Position numbers and translations under genes: made by a program. A stretch of 64,000 bases of DNA from Podarcis melisellensis (taxonomy: Eukaryota), in assembly GCA_964234715.1 (NCBI GenBank), contig OZ174276.1; one strand, written 5' to 3'. Shown in pieces: positions 1 through 13,540 of the stretch (its first letter is position 1; each line of letters begins with the position of its first letter). The notes under the pieces were generated by a model. That model was not told the origin of the DNA, did no database searches, and saw nothing but the letters and a program-made list of their open reading frames with translations.

Positions 1-67
1 ATTCATTTTCTTCCAGGCACACCCCTTGTAAGCATTCAAAGCAGATAGCGAGGGGATGGCTGGTGAA

Positions 68-69
<2 letters not shown>

Positions 70-131
<62 letters not shown>
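70..131. repeat. (CT)n microsatellite
   Basis: Visible directly. Confidence 0.95.
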
Positions 132-135
<4 letters not shown>

Positions 136-3100
136 TTGGATTTTGCTTTTAGTTGTTCAGGAGGATTCAGATATGGGTTTGGGTGGGGGTAGCTCAGGGG
201 TGGAGGAGGCGAGGGAGGGTCTAAAGGATGTGTTAACTGTAATTTTTCCTCTCTTACTTTTTTTTTAAGGGGGTTCTTTCCATGCAAGTCACATTTTAGG
301 CATGATCAGACATATTCTTTTATTTCCCCCTTTCTTCTCTGTCTTTTTTTCTTTTCTTTTCTTTAAAATGTGGATTCAACTGTTAGAAGCCCAGGGGACT
401 GGATAAAGATTCTTCAGTAAGTTTTCAAACATTTCTCAAGGTCTTGCTCCAGGAGTCCGGAGCACATCTCCATATAGTGGGTGTGGGTGGGATCTTTGGA
501 ACAGATAGGTATACAGTATAGGGGAGCAACTGGCAAGTTTCTCACGTTTATTAATTACTTAGATGCCTATGTAGGGAACTCATGTATGCATAAGGACACC
601 TAATCTGCCAAAGAGAATGCACACCTCCATCAGCATATCCCAAATATGCGAGGAGCCGAATAAACTTTGAAACTTTTCTAGGGATTTAAGCCCGAACCTG
701 AACCCTCTGAGGCATGGGCTTAATGACTTCAGAGTATTGGAATTAGGGAGGATACATCAGGACATAAGACTAATAAATATTCGAAAGCCCCCTTTAACGT
801 TTGGTTAAATATTTATTATGTAAGAGTGGTATATTGAATATTTAATGCAGCTGTTTATTGTCAATCAATGTATGTTCACGGTGCCTTGCGACCTTTATTC
901 TGCCAGCGAAAGAAAAGGCAGGGGGGTGCACTGAAAAAAAAAAAAAAGGATTCTTATTAAAGTCATTTGTCCTTGTATTTGGTCTCTTGGAGTCTCTCAG
1001 CGCCCACCCTGTGATTCCCTCAGATTTTTAAAGCCGGAAGAAGGAATATTTGTAAAAGGTGTCTTGTAGAACATTCCTCCTGACTTTCAGACAATTGTTA
1101 ACCTAAAGTGTCTTCTTTCAGTCATGATCCAGAAAGCCATGCTATAAAGGCGTTTAGAGAATATTGACAATTGATAGAGGCTGCTGGCATATCCACTAAA
1201 GTCCCCCTAAACAAAGGATGCGTGCTTAAAACTCTCCTGTCTTTCAGATGATCTGGAGCACACATCACACAGGCTCATCAAACAGATTTTGCGCCTGAAT
1301 TGACAACTTTTTCATTTGTTTTTATTTTATTTTTTAAAAAGGTCCTGTAATTGATCTGCAAAGAAATAAATAAAAATGTTTAGTTTCCACCTGATGCAAA
1401 ATATCTCCAATATTTTGTTGTCTTTTTGCTCTCATCTCTGCCTTTATTTCTGTTTTCAATTCACTTTGCTCTCTTCAAAGAAGTGTGTGTGTGTGCGTGC
1501 GTGTGTGTAGGACCCAACAACTTTGCTTTGTTTACATAGAATCCTCCCGCCTTAATCTCCATCGCTGGCTCCAGTTTTGGACAGTTTAAAAGCCTCATAA
1601 CAAAATTCACACAGCATCAGGGGGGCAAAATGACTTTACTAGTGATATCCTGTCAATTCGTGTTGCAGTAAATTAAACTCTCAGGAACAAATAACAAAGT
1701 CCAGGAACATGGCGGGCTGGTATATAAGAATATGTGGGAACTGAGGGGTTGTTGTTTTTTAACGTGATGGTTTTTGTGGTTGTGAAGCTTTTCCTTTGGG
1801 TAAGCCTTGAACAAATCCTTAAAAAGAAGAAAAATCTAGCAACTTGTGATACAAAAGGAGACGCTCTGCGATGACCTCATTTGCCCCATAATTCATTTTA
1901 ATTTGGGAGGCTCTTCTTACTTTTAAAATCACCAGGTAGAGTTTAGTCAGCAGGTAGAACAGATACCTAAGCAGTCTGCAGCGACGAAGACGCCCCAGGA
2001 AAGGAAGGGACATCTGCTGAAACCAAAAAGGGAGGATGAGATTAATGAACAGAATGACTGAAACGAAAAATGATTTTTGGTCACGGGGAGGAAACTGACT
2101 ATATCGGACAGGAGATCAAAATCTTTAAAGGTCGTGTGTGACTCGGGACTGAAGCATAGCCTTAAAAACCACAATGGGACTTTTATTGGGTGGGTTTCTT
2201 TCAAATCCAGAGTCTTTATTAAGTGATCCTACAGACAAAACCTAAAGAAAACATGGCGGCTCCTGCTCTCTCTTTCTCGTGAAGCCCTCTGATCAACCTG
2301 TCCTTTTAATTTCATACGCCTACGGGCGACGTTCTTCACTTTCGACTGTTCTGCGTCTTTGGGCGTAGGATGCCTCGCCCGCAGTGGGTTCAGATAAACG
2401 CGCCTCCAGGTTCCAAACCATTCTGAGCCTCCTCACCAAATACACACCTCTGCGCATGGAGAAGAAGAGATGGGTGTGTGTTGTGTGTGAGAGAGGGGGG
2501 ACAGCAGTAGTGCAAGGCTTCTGCAGGGATGGTCTGTTTTGGCTCTCTCCTTCGCTCTTCCATTTATGAGTTGGATGCTTCTTTAGACACAAACTTTTAA
2601 TTAAAGTGTCAGGAAGCCTTTAACTACCCCTTTTTACGCAGCAATATTCATGCTAACTACAAACGAATAAAAATATTGTTTACGGGGATCATTATTTTCC
2701 TCCACTCCTTCTTACCAAACACTATTTATTGAACCTGCCCGAGGTGGGGTGGGGAAACTGAAGAAATTCGCAGTGCTGGGTGCTGTTTCGGAATGGTTCT
2801 GCAACATCTCTTGCAAAGTGAGTTGCCCCCGCCCATTCCCCCCCCACCTCTTCTTCTTTATTCCTTCTTTCCACTTTTCCTGGTGGGGCAGAAATTTCTC
2901 CTGTGTCTCATCCGGCTGCATTGGTGGCGAGCAGAAAGGGTCTAAAGCGGGTGGCTGTTGAAAGCATGTGGGGTATAACACACAGGATATCTCTTCTAGG
3001 TGTGCGAATAATTTATTGCTCTTAATAGGTAGATATAAGCTCAAGCGAGCCCCAGTGCCGTTGTGTTTTTTAAAGCCCGGTTTAAAGTATAGGATTTGTC

Positions 3101-6100
3101 GGCTTCCTGCGAAGAAGCACAGAAAAGACAGCTGTGGAGCCACAGCACTTGAATTTGAACCACCAAAGTCAATTCCCTGACTACCATAAAACAGAAGAAT
3201 GAAGGCTGGAAGTCTCACATTCCTTTTGGTCTCCACTTAGAAAAAAATATATAAAACAACACAAAAAACCCAACAGCCCATTGAGCATAAACCGTGAGTG
3301 CTTTACTCGTTGATAGATTTCATATTCACAGCCAAGAAATACTTTTTAAAAACTTTTTTTAAAAAAATTAGTTGTCTAAAAACCCTCTTTAATATATACG
3401 GGGGAGAGAGAAGAAGTAAGAAAAGGAAAAACCTTTCAAAGTAGGTGCGTTATGACAGTGTCTCCCCAAGTTGTGTGATGGTGTGACTCACTATGAAGAT
3501 GCATAAGAGCAGAGCAGAGCAGGCAGAGAGAACAGGATTGTGTCAATTGCCAGGAAGAGCTTCCTAGGTGTAATTAGACATATGTATATGTTCACCCGGT
3601 TGGTTGTTTGTGGCTCGCCAAGTGTACTTCAACATGGCATTGCTGTGTTAATCAGGCAATACATTCCCTTCTTCTGTTGCCGGGTCATTTGCCCGACAGA
3701 ACCAAGATCACACTATAAACACATCCCAGTATTTTGTTATTGTTATTATTATTTAGGCAGAAAATTGTATCCACGTGGACAAGACTTTCTAGGAAACGTA
3801 CTTTTCTGTGGGTAAAATGAACTTTGAAAGAACCCAGCTCCGATTATAGTTGTGGCGGGTTTAGCCAAAGAAATGTTCCCATCGTGGTCAGGACTCCGGT
3901 CCCTGGGTTTGTTTGTGTACATTAAGCGAATCAAGACTGAACGGTACATGATGGACAAGGCGGATTTGGGCAAAACTAGCAAACATTTGCCAACTAGTCT
4001 ATGGACGGCAAAGATTTCTAGGTGTGGTGGAAACCCGCCTTGGATTTCATATGAACTAGTTTCATCGTCCTCTTATCAGTTTGGGGGATAAATTAACATA
4101 TGTAAATCAGTGCAAATTTCGATTAACTTCATGGTCCACACCGATTAATGCTTTCATTGAGAGATCGCCATACTGGTCTCTCTTTTAGAAATGTGCAGGC
4201 TAGGACACAAAGACTACCTTGTAGAATATGCATAAATGTAGATATTCTAATTTAAATCTCTTTTTTCCCATCTCCCAGAATCCCAATCATAGGCACATGT
4301 ACTACCCAACCCTAAAGCTTTTCCTAGGGAGAAATGGGGTCACGAAAATGTTGTTTACCTCTTGCCTTTTGGCCTTTTCTTGCCGGATTTCCCCCGAATT
4401 TCAGAATGAAGCGGACGCCCCTTTGATATTTCTACGGCCTACAGTAAGATAGGTTCTCTATACAGGGGATGAAGGATTACTTTTGTGAGGTTTGGGCATG
4501 GGAAGCCACCCAAACCTTTCAAGCAGCCGTTTTCGCATGCCTTCTTTGGGCCAAAGAATCCCAAACTTTTGACGCTTTAGGATTGTGACATGTGAGTCTT
4601 CAGCGATGCAGCTCACTGGAAACAACTGAGTCCCACTGAATCCTATGCAAGTGACTTACAAGTCAATGTGTTTGGGATCACAGCCTAGGAATGATTTTCC
4701 CCCCCGTGCAACAGCAATGCAATTACTTCCCAAGGAAAAATAAAATACCCCGATGTATTTAAATCAAGCCAAAGGGTACTACAAACCTTCGCCAGCAAGC
4801 AGATTATCCTCGACTGCTTGTGTGTTCAGGAAATCCGGGGCCAGAGACAATAGCTACAAGTAGGAAGCTCTTGGAAAATATTATTGTCCCCCAATGGCAA
4901 AGATAAATTTAATTGGATATAAGCCAGCCTACTAAAGACGACTTCATAAGCTGCTAACGATTCAAAGCGGGGAAGCGAAGAGGGGGGGAATGTTTCAGAT
5001 CTTCCACAGGCCAGGGTTGCAAGTTCAAAATCATGTGGACCCAATAAAGATAAAAGCTGATAAGCGGTATGCTTCCCAGCCACACGCAAAGTCAACAGTG
5101 AGCAGTATAGCTGCGCTGAGGGATGCCCGGACTAGATGCCCCACGCAGAATTCTCCTCTGCGCATTATTGGGGTAATATAAACCATCATAATTGGGAGGA
5201 TTGCAAATGATACTTGGCATATTGCAATGAATAATAAAGTCCAGTGATTGCTCAGTAGGGTCTGATCCTGTGCACACAAGCAAGTTCGATTGAAGGCCAT
5301 TGTCTACAGAGGGTTGCTTGGCTTTACTCCCAAGAAAAACGTGCATTGGGTTGCGGCCATATCAATATACATGTAAGGATCGTTAGGTCAGTTCCACTAG
5401 TTAGGAAGCTAGAAGCGAATAAAAGGAACTCTTACGCCAACATATTTGGCCGACCCTTCCAGTCCAAACACACTTGAATATATATGCTACAAAGCCAAGT
5501 TCATTGGAGTTTGCCAATGGCTTATTCCGCTTTCCAAATGAAAGGGGACCTAGTAATTCACCCAAGAAGCCAATTTTCGGTGTGTTTCAGGTTCCTTTCA
5601 AAAAGAATAGCTGCACTGGATTGTGTTCAAAAGAAAGTGGGCCATTGACCAACATAATACACAAACGTTTTAAAAGCACCCAACGTTTTAAATAATAAAA
5701 TTCTACAACACGCAGAGAGTGAATAGACTCGCATAGGTTTTTTAAAAATGCTTTATTGTCTGGATGAGGTTCTCGGGATGTGGATCATCAAATCCCAGCT
5801 AAAGAATTTTTGTTTCACGTGAGAGTTCAGTTTTATTAGCAAATATCTCCGTATGCACGATATAAGCTGTATTGTAACGGGATAGCTTCTTATTAGATTG
5901 TGTGAAGGAAGACATAGCAGCCACTACGAGTGAGATTTTGCCAAAAGGGGTTTAACTTATATGAAACATTCTGCATTTGGTTGTGTGTATGAGCTGGATT
6001 TTTTTTAGCTTTTTAGTCTACCTTGATACCTACATTTCTTTCATTTCAGCCAGCAGGCTGCCTTTTTCCCATCAGACACACCGTGATCAAAGTGAATTCT

Positions 6101-6366
6101 CAACGTTTTTACAGGGGAGGGGCGGAAAGAAACTTCAATAGCTTACCCTCCCGCTCCCCGATGTAAGTCAGTAGGGCTGGAAGCAACCCCAGTATCCACA
6201 TTTATCAGAATAAAATGAAACAGAATGCCTGGGATAGTTGTGTGGTGACATTCGGCAAACATAGAAACCAGCTATAAGGAATGCTCATTACTTCAGAGCG
6301 CCTTTTGGCAATGCTATGAAATATCAGCCTCTTTGTTTGCATGGGGACGTGTGCGCGTGCGCAAGG

Positions 6367-6369
<3 letters not shown>

Positions 6370-6425
<56 letters not shown>
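6370..6425. repeat. (CT)n microsatellite
   Basis: Visible directly. Confidence 0.95.
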
Positions 6426-6430
<5 letters not shown>

Positions 6431-6890
6431 ATCTATGTGTCCCTCAATATATGCATATGAAAACAGTTGAGAGTAGCTTGATAGTCCACAAGTGCATCTA
6501 CAGACATCAATTGTTGGAAATTCGCACAGAAATGCAACTACAAAAGCATGACTCTATATGTGCTTTTTGTTTTGTTTTGAAATCTCGTGAATTATTATGT
6601 CTCATGGTTTCTAGAAATTAGCGGTAGATGAGTTACTTTCAGTGGGGTACAAGATCTAAATGATCCAGTCAAGATCCAGATCCTGTCCTTTAACAATAAA
6701 GTTGGGGGGGGGGAGTGTGCAGCAATGCATTTAACTTTCAGTCGTGTGCATTCCCTTGGAAATCCTTCTTGAAATCTCAAATTATATTTCTAAAATGAGG
6801 TACTTAGTTAAAAAAAATTTACTCGGAACAAAACCCAAATGCTGTATTTCTCCGTATGCCATTCCACTTATGAAGTCGAATAGTTATTGT

Positions 6891-7003
6891 GGTCACGATC
6901 CGGCCACAGTTAAATCCCACCAATGTCACTGAGGGACATACTTTATATACACACACTACCCTGAAATTAATTTAAAAGTGACCGTCTTTGGCTGGATCGT
7001 GCC
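6891..7003. repeat. Family B hairpin/MITE element
   Basis: Terminal inverted repeats GGTCACGATCCGGCCA / TGGCTGGATCGTGCC. Confidence 0.7.
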
Positions 7004-7058
7004 TTTGACTATTTACTTGTGTTACAGCTGTCCCCTCCCCATTTATAAACCCTCTTTT

Positions 7059-7189
7059 NNNNNNNNNNNNNNNNNNNNNNNNNNNNNNNNNNNNNNNNNN
7101 NNNNNNNNNNNNNNNNNNNNNNNNNNNNNNNNNNNNNNNNNNNNNNNNNNNNNNNNNNNNNNNNNNNNNNNNNNNNNNNNNNNNNNNNN
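7059..7189. other. Assembly gap (N run)
   Basis: 131 N. Confidence 1.
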
Positions 7190-9589
7190 ATAGATATATA
7201 CACACAGAGTGACTTACTAAACTGAAATTTAAAATATCTGTTTTCTTAGTAACTTTATATTGCTTTAGTTATTGACTTCATCCTACTATGATTCCGAAGC
7301 AGCTTGTCTGAAGTGCTGTTTGATGCTTCTATTCTCTCCCTCACGCGCACATTCCATCATTCTGCTTTCTTTATCAGACATACTCCCTTTGGGACTTCTT
7401 CAAATCTGCTATTCTGTGTCTGCATATAAATGGATATTTTTTTTTTACAGTAAGGAGTTTAGGAACTCACATGGTCGCATTGTCCATTTCAGTAAGCGAG
7501 AGGGGTGGCTGTAGGGAGAGCAAATCCAAAATTGTGCGTCCTCTGCACGCTGGAAAAGGATGCAGATTTGTTTGGCTTTGTTCTTAAAATACCTTTAAAT
7601 GCTAGCAGCGAGATACTAAATATTTTAAACTCGGAGTTCCCGTTGACTTCAAGGATGTGCACATAAGGATGTCTCCTCATTGTGACTCGTATCGTAGGTA
7701 ACGTGGCAAGAAGGCTGCTGATTACAACAAAAATAAAGCAACGCTAATTGATAATGTGGGACTGAAAGGAAAGGACAAGTATATTCCGTGTTTATTTTAT
7801 TTTTTTAAATACAAACAGAGGCCGTCTTTTTTGAGGTGGAGTCCTGTTTACCAATTTCCTCTGCCATGCAGGGCAAACGAATGAAAAAAAAGCTCTCCTG
7901 TGCCTTCTGCGCCACGCAGAAATCCCAAAACAAACAAATAAACAGGACTGGAAGTTCAAAACGGGGAAGAACTGCAGATAGCGCTGCAAATGCACATCTG
8001 GCATTAGTCTGGGAAGAGCCACACAAGCGCGCGCGCACGCTGTATAGATTAGGCGGCTTTGGAAACTGTCACTGGGAAATCTGTTCATTTTCTCTAATGG
8101 ACTAGGAGAAGGATTGTTGTTATATTCCTCGCCCATCCCACAACAATATCCTTGCTAAACAGCACGCACGAACGCCGGGTGTCAAGACAATATAAATGAT
8201 TGGGTTTGTGTTTTTTTGTTCATATGCGTTGCGGCACTGCCTCCTCAGCTAAGTAACAACTGTATTCGCTACCGCTATGGAGGAGGGCCATAGACCCAGG
8301 CGAAATTTATAGCGGCCCCGGCGTTGCGGTTATGATTTTGCTATGATATTACTTGGGAACAAAGTCCCATTGATTCCCTTGGAAATCTACTCTCTTGCAA
8401 AGGCGTGGGGTTTTTTTTGTTTGGTTTGTTGCTTTCCCTCCCTTACTCCCCCCTTACTCCCACGTCGCTGCCAATACGAGAAGAAAATGGGAAGGGGGGG
8501 GGGGTTGAAGCTACTTGGATAGCCTAAAATTATGGGTTGACCTCGATGGAGATTTAATTCTCATGCTCCCCTCCACCATCTTGCGGTGGTAAGGAAGCGA
8601 ACCTGCTCTTCTCCTCCGTCTCAGCCAAAACAAGGACTCCAGCCATTTTTCATAAGTTTCCTCCGAGAGGAAGACTTATCTTTCACCATAATGAGAACAG
8701 CTTTGCCACTGAGAGGGAGGGGCGCTTTCTTTTGGAGGGTGGGTGGGAAATAAATAAATAAAGCCTCTTTATTCACCCACTAACCCCCCACTTTCGCGCC
8801 TCTCTCTCTCTCTCTCTCTAAATTTCCTCCCTTCCCCTCTCTTCCACCACCCTCCAACCCTTATCCCACTCGCGATATCACCTTATCGGTTCAATCTATG
8901 TAAAGACCACCCACCCACTCCCCTCTTTAACCTCCGAATCCCTGGCAGATCTCCTGTGCGCAATTAGGCCCGTTCTGGGACCTCCGACGGACAACCTGTG
9001 ATATGAGAATGTCTATAATCCAGCCCTCCACAGTAGACAGGCTGCTCAAGACTTTGCAGGATCTCCCCTCATTTCCGCTCTTATTAATTTCAGGCGCTCT
9101 GATCTATCCAGCCCATCCCTCCCTCCTCCTCCTTTATTTAAAGATTATACGATTAAGACAAGAAAATCTAAACCCTCCTTTCCCTTATCCCCTCCCCCCA
9201 CCCAGTCTCCCCCTCTCCTTACCGAGCGAACTTCATTGTTTTCTGGAGGAAACCGTAATGTTGAGACATTAAACCCTAATTGGGCTTTTCTTTATGACGT
9301 TTAATTTCCTCCATCGCAGACGTGTTTGCATCTTGCTGAAAGAGGAGTTGTTTGAAGTCTGCAATCCCGGAGGGGGGGGGGAGAGGGAGGGGAAAAAAAA
9401 CTTTCCAAGCAGCAGTCGTCATGCGGACTTCTGGTCTCATTCCCACATAGTCTCACCCTCCATGCACCCCCACAGCCTTCCTCTTGATCGTTGCATTCAG
9501 ATAGCCCCCCCTCCCTCAAAATAAGAATGGTGATGTAAAAGAGAGGGGGAAATGGGCCGGGGGGGTGTTTAAAAAGAGAGACAGAGACC

Positions 9590-9690
9590 CATATGTTTAC
9601 TCGGGTAAGAAATGCGATGGCCATTTAGCTCTGTTGTGACAAATCCATGAAAATGGAGGACCGCCGTATACCATATAAGGTAGGATGCTA
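9590..9690 (+). ncRNA. HOTAIR: HOTAIR-homologous conserved block 1 (3' part of a HOTAIR internal exon plus splice donor)
   Basis: ATGTTTAC..AGAAATGCGATGGCC..AAATGGAGGACCGCCGTATACCATATAAG|GTAGG versus recalled human ATGTTTAC..AGAAATGCCACGGCC..AAATGGAGGACCGGCGCCTTCCTTATAAG|gt. Syntenic and antisense to the Hox genes. Transcription is not shown by the sequence. Confidence 0.7.
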
Positions 9691-12599
9691 ACTTGACCTT
9701 CACTTTGTAATGGCGGCCCCCGCCCACCCAGACAGACTGTTGTAAACAGAAGTCATCCGACCAAAAAAAAAAAAAAAAGATTAGCACCGGGCAGACAAGG
9801 TCTCGCAGAATTGCTAACACATTTGCTGGTTTTTAAGCTGCGGCAAACGAGGTACAATATTTTCTGAACTACAGTAGGGGACGGAGTGGGGGTGGGGATG
9901 GAGGAGGAGGAGGAGGAAGAAGAAGGGGCGGGCCTCATCATTGGAGATCAACAAAGGTCTTCCCAGATCTTTAGTTTGCTGTATTAAAGGGTTGTTAAGA
10001 GGGGGTCTCCCCAGATCGGGCTTCGTATAGATTACAGCGTCCGGAGCTGTTGTTGAATGTGGCCTTGAGGTAGAGGGTGGCTGGGTGACTGGGTGGGGGC
10101 GGCCGGCGCTTCTCTTAATGAATTTATCTGTCCAGATTCTTAAAAAAAACAGCAATTCATTACGATGACGACGAGGACGGACGATTTACGAATTCACTCT
10201 AATTTTAATGCAGGAGATCATTCAAAAAATCGCCTCTGCTTTTATTTAAATCTATAGAATGTTTTGTTTACGTCAATCTGAAATGGAAAGTGTTAAAAGA
10301 AAGCGCGAGTAGCCTTCCTTCTTTCCTTTTTAAGGAAGGCAACGAGAGTCTCCTGACTCGCCATTTCCGCAGCAGCCAAATCACAACAGTGGCAAAAAGT
10401 TTGTCAGAGTGCTGAAAATAGGTTTAGTTTTCCTTTTCGAAATGCTGTGTTTGGGCCCAGGCAAACGATCGGTTCGTGATTGTCAGTGCGGGGAGTTCAG
10501 CCTTGTATGGTGGTGGCGGCTGTTTGCGGGGAGGGGGGGAGGAATAGAGACTGTACCTGATCAAACAATATAATTTATTGAACATACCTTTTTGCTTGTC
10601 AGTTACCTAGACATAATGGAGCGCTATCGATAGACGGGTCATGGATCCCGATCCACTGCACGTATTAGGCGATCGTCTCCATTTAAGTCATTTTATCCCC
10701 CTTTAAACCAACCGAGTAATAATGGCCACCAAGTTATTGCATCTTTCACAAACTCAGAACTTTTAAAATCAGCGCCGCATACTTTACTGATGCAACGCCG
10801 CCAGTCGTTTATATAGATGAGTAACTAGGAAAGGCACGACCAAAGACCAATTAATTTCAATGAGGAAGTGCTTAATCGACAACAAGGGGACTTACAAGCG
10901 CTCCACCTTGACTGGATCCTGCCCTTTCAGGAATACAGAGGAGGCAGTAAACATAGGTATTGTTAGGCTGATATTGTATCATTACATTCTGACGCAAATA
11001 ACTGGCATAGCAAGCAGAGCATGTTTGCCTGTTTGCATGTTTATTTGTGTGTGTGTGCGCGCGCGGAGAAACACAACATTCTAATCAGACTCATCATAAG
11101 CATGAAAAAGGGTGAACGTGTTCAAGTCTCTGTCGGCAAACACAGCCACCTATTGCCCGGTCTTGGCGGGCTAATCGTCGCCTTCATTTCAAAGCTGGAC
11201 TCTCCCTTTGATTTTAGCAGCAGCTACTGGGAGGTGTGTTTTGTGGGTGTTTCAAGCCCTTCATTTGGTGGCCCTACGTGTACCTCTCAGACGGAGTACA
11301 TGCGTTCTCCTTTGTCATTTACATCCAGAGCTCTGGATTTCTTCCTTTGAATATTTATTCCTTTATTCCTATGGCTGTTTTGTATGGCCCCTCACTGGCC
11401 CAAAATTTGCACTACCACGCAAACGCATGCAGAATATGTGCAAATATTTTGCCCCCACTCAGTCAGGAATTCTCGAGGGACACAAGGGATGCCGGCAACA
11501 GGACTTTGCTGATTGTGCAACCTTTAAAGGACAATTCGGTGGAACTCCCTCTTCAACTGCAGTAAATGGCAGAGCTCTCGCAGATTTTGATGGTGAGTCT
11601 AGGAAGGCGCTAGCTGTTCGTTATTAGGACTCCCTCCTACTCCACCCTATTTCATATAATAATACTAATGATTCTTTCTTTCTCAAAACCTCACACAGCC
11701 TCATAATAGATTAATAGTTCTTCATCACAATGAGATGAATTTTCACATGCCCTTTAATTATCATCTCATCTCCAGCGAACACTGGTTTTGGAGAAGGTAA
11801 AGGCGGGTATTGGATACAACTACAAAGATGGTTCCCCCCCCCCCCTTGGGAAGATTAATGTTGGCTGTGATTCTTAAAAGATCTTCAGATATAGCCCAGG
11901 CTGCTTGCATAACAACAATCAACTACCACAAGGCCTTCATCACATCACTTTATTAAAGGGGGAAAGTATTTTTAGCCTGTCTGTTTCAGACCCAGCCAAC
12001 CATAAACAAAGATTCTTAAATGCAAATACGGTCTTATTTGGGTTCCAGAAAGGCAAATGAGATTTCTAACTTTTGGGCATGCCATAAAAGGAGAGTTTTT
12101 AAAGCCACCTTCACTCTTAATTATGGGAAAGCCCTAGCGTTTCCAAATATAGGAAAACGACTCAGTCCAAGTTAAGCGTCAACTTGCTTCTGAGTAAAAC
12201 TGGATAGGATCCGGCTGCAAAAATTATCGCTTTCAAGTGGGAGAGATTTAAACACCTGCTTTATAGTTATAGGCAGACACATTTACTTGGGAATAAGTAA
12301 ATAGGGGTAGGATGAGGGCGCACATCTCTTTGAACTCTATAGAACTCCATAGCCCTTAACTCAAGCTAGAATGTGTGCACATTTCCTTTCAAATTAAGGT
12401 TATTGGGAGATACACGTAGACATAACCTCATGTTGTTGTTAGTTTGTTGGTTGATAAGTGAGTGGTTTTCTTTAACTGATTCATCAACTCTGCTGGTTAG
12501 CATAATCTCGCAGAAACAAAGCCTGGCTGTAAGAAATTCTAAGCAAACTCTTATGGCTCCTGCAAGGAATACAAATGTATCCATCTTTGTATCTTTCCT

Positions 12600-12780
12600 A
12601 TCCTTTTCATCTTTATTATCACTCTTGTTAACAACACCAGCGAGGCTTGATACATATATCTCGTTTAAATGCAGTCAACCATGAAGCCACTGCAGTTGGT
12701 TGCTACAGACATATTAATTAATTTATTCTCTCAACAGTAAAATATTGCTGTGTCTCCTTGCTACCAACCAAGTCATATAA
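12600..12780 (+). ncRNA. HOTAIR: HOTAIR-homologous conserved block 2 (part of the human terminal exon)
   Basis: CATCTTTATTATCACTCTTGTTAACAACACCAGCGAG and TAATTAATTTATTCTCTCAACAGTAAAATATTGCTGTGTCT versus recalled human CATCTTTATGATGAGGCTTGTTAACAAGACCAGAGAG and TAATTAATTGATTCCTTTGGACTGTAAAATATGGCGGCGTCT. Same order and strand as block 1. Confidence 0.65.
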
Positions 12781-13214
12781 AAATCAGGGTTTATTTTTTT
12801 ACCCCCTCTGCAGTTCATTAGGCTTTACCTATAAGTTTCCATTTGAAATGATTTGCTTTAAAACTAATTACTCGTATTCTATTTCATTTCCCAATCCCGG
12901 AGTGTAAGATGGATTCAAAGGTGGCGTGGGTGGCATATGTTGGTAAACATTGCTAATTATTCCCACTCTGTCTTGATTGTGTATTTATGAACCCACCCAT
13001 ATAAAAGGGGGAGAAAATACTCAGTAAAAGGTGTGCTGGCATATTGATGATAATGGCACATGTTACTTAAAAGAGTGCAGTGTCGCTAGGGACAGTGTAA
13101 GATGATAATGTATCAGCCGAGATTTTGTTTAGCAGATTTCCACTTTGAGAATAAAATATTGGACTCACTCGCAGCACATTCCAATACACACCTACTCAGA
13201 AGTGAGCCTCTTTG

Positions 13215-13342
13215 AGGTTAGGCAACGTGGTGCCCTCCAGGTGTGGTGGACTGCCAAAGCCTATCAGTCCAAGGCAGCATGTCCAATGGTCAGGGATGAT
13301 GGGAGTTGGAGTCCAACATCTGCAGAACATCACAGTAGACTA
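13215..13342. mobile_element. Degraded short hAT-type MITE common in lizards
   Basis: Fold-back pattern GCCCTCCAGGTGTGGTGGACT...CCAATGGTCAGGGATGATGGGAGTTGGAGTCCAACATCTG; termini eroded. Confidence 0.6.
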
Positions 13343-13540
13343 TTCATGGTGTATATAGGACTGCAGTCTCAGGGTGAGGAAGAAGAGAATGAGGACCAGA
13401 ATTGCACCCTGGGGTGACAACAGAAGGCCCAAGCATAGGCTAGCCCTGCACAATGTCTACAGTGCGCCAGGTGTATTCAGAAAAGACTGTTTTGGGGCCA
13501 TGGCTTCTAGGGAATTTCAGGGACCTCTGTTTGCCTAATC

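Noticed and set aside
2712-3236. 174-aa minus-strand ORF upstream of HOXC11
   Set aside because: Non-ATG start, no recognisable domain, composition typical of chance ORFs.
9955-10020. Short direct repeat GGTCTYCCCAGATC, two copies
   Set aside because: Two copies only; most simply a small local duplication.
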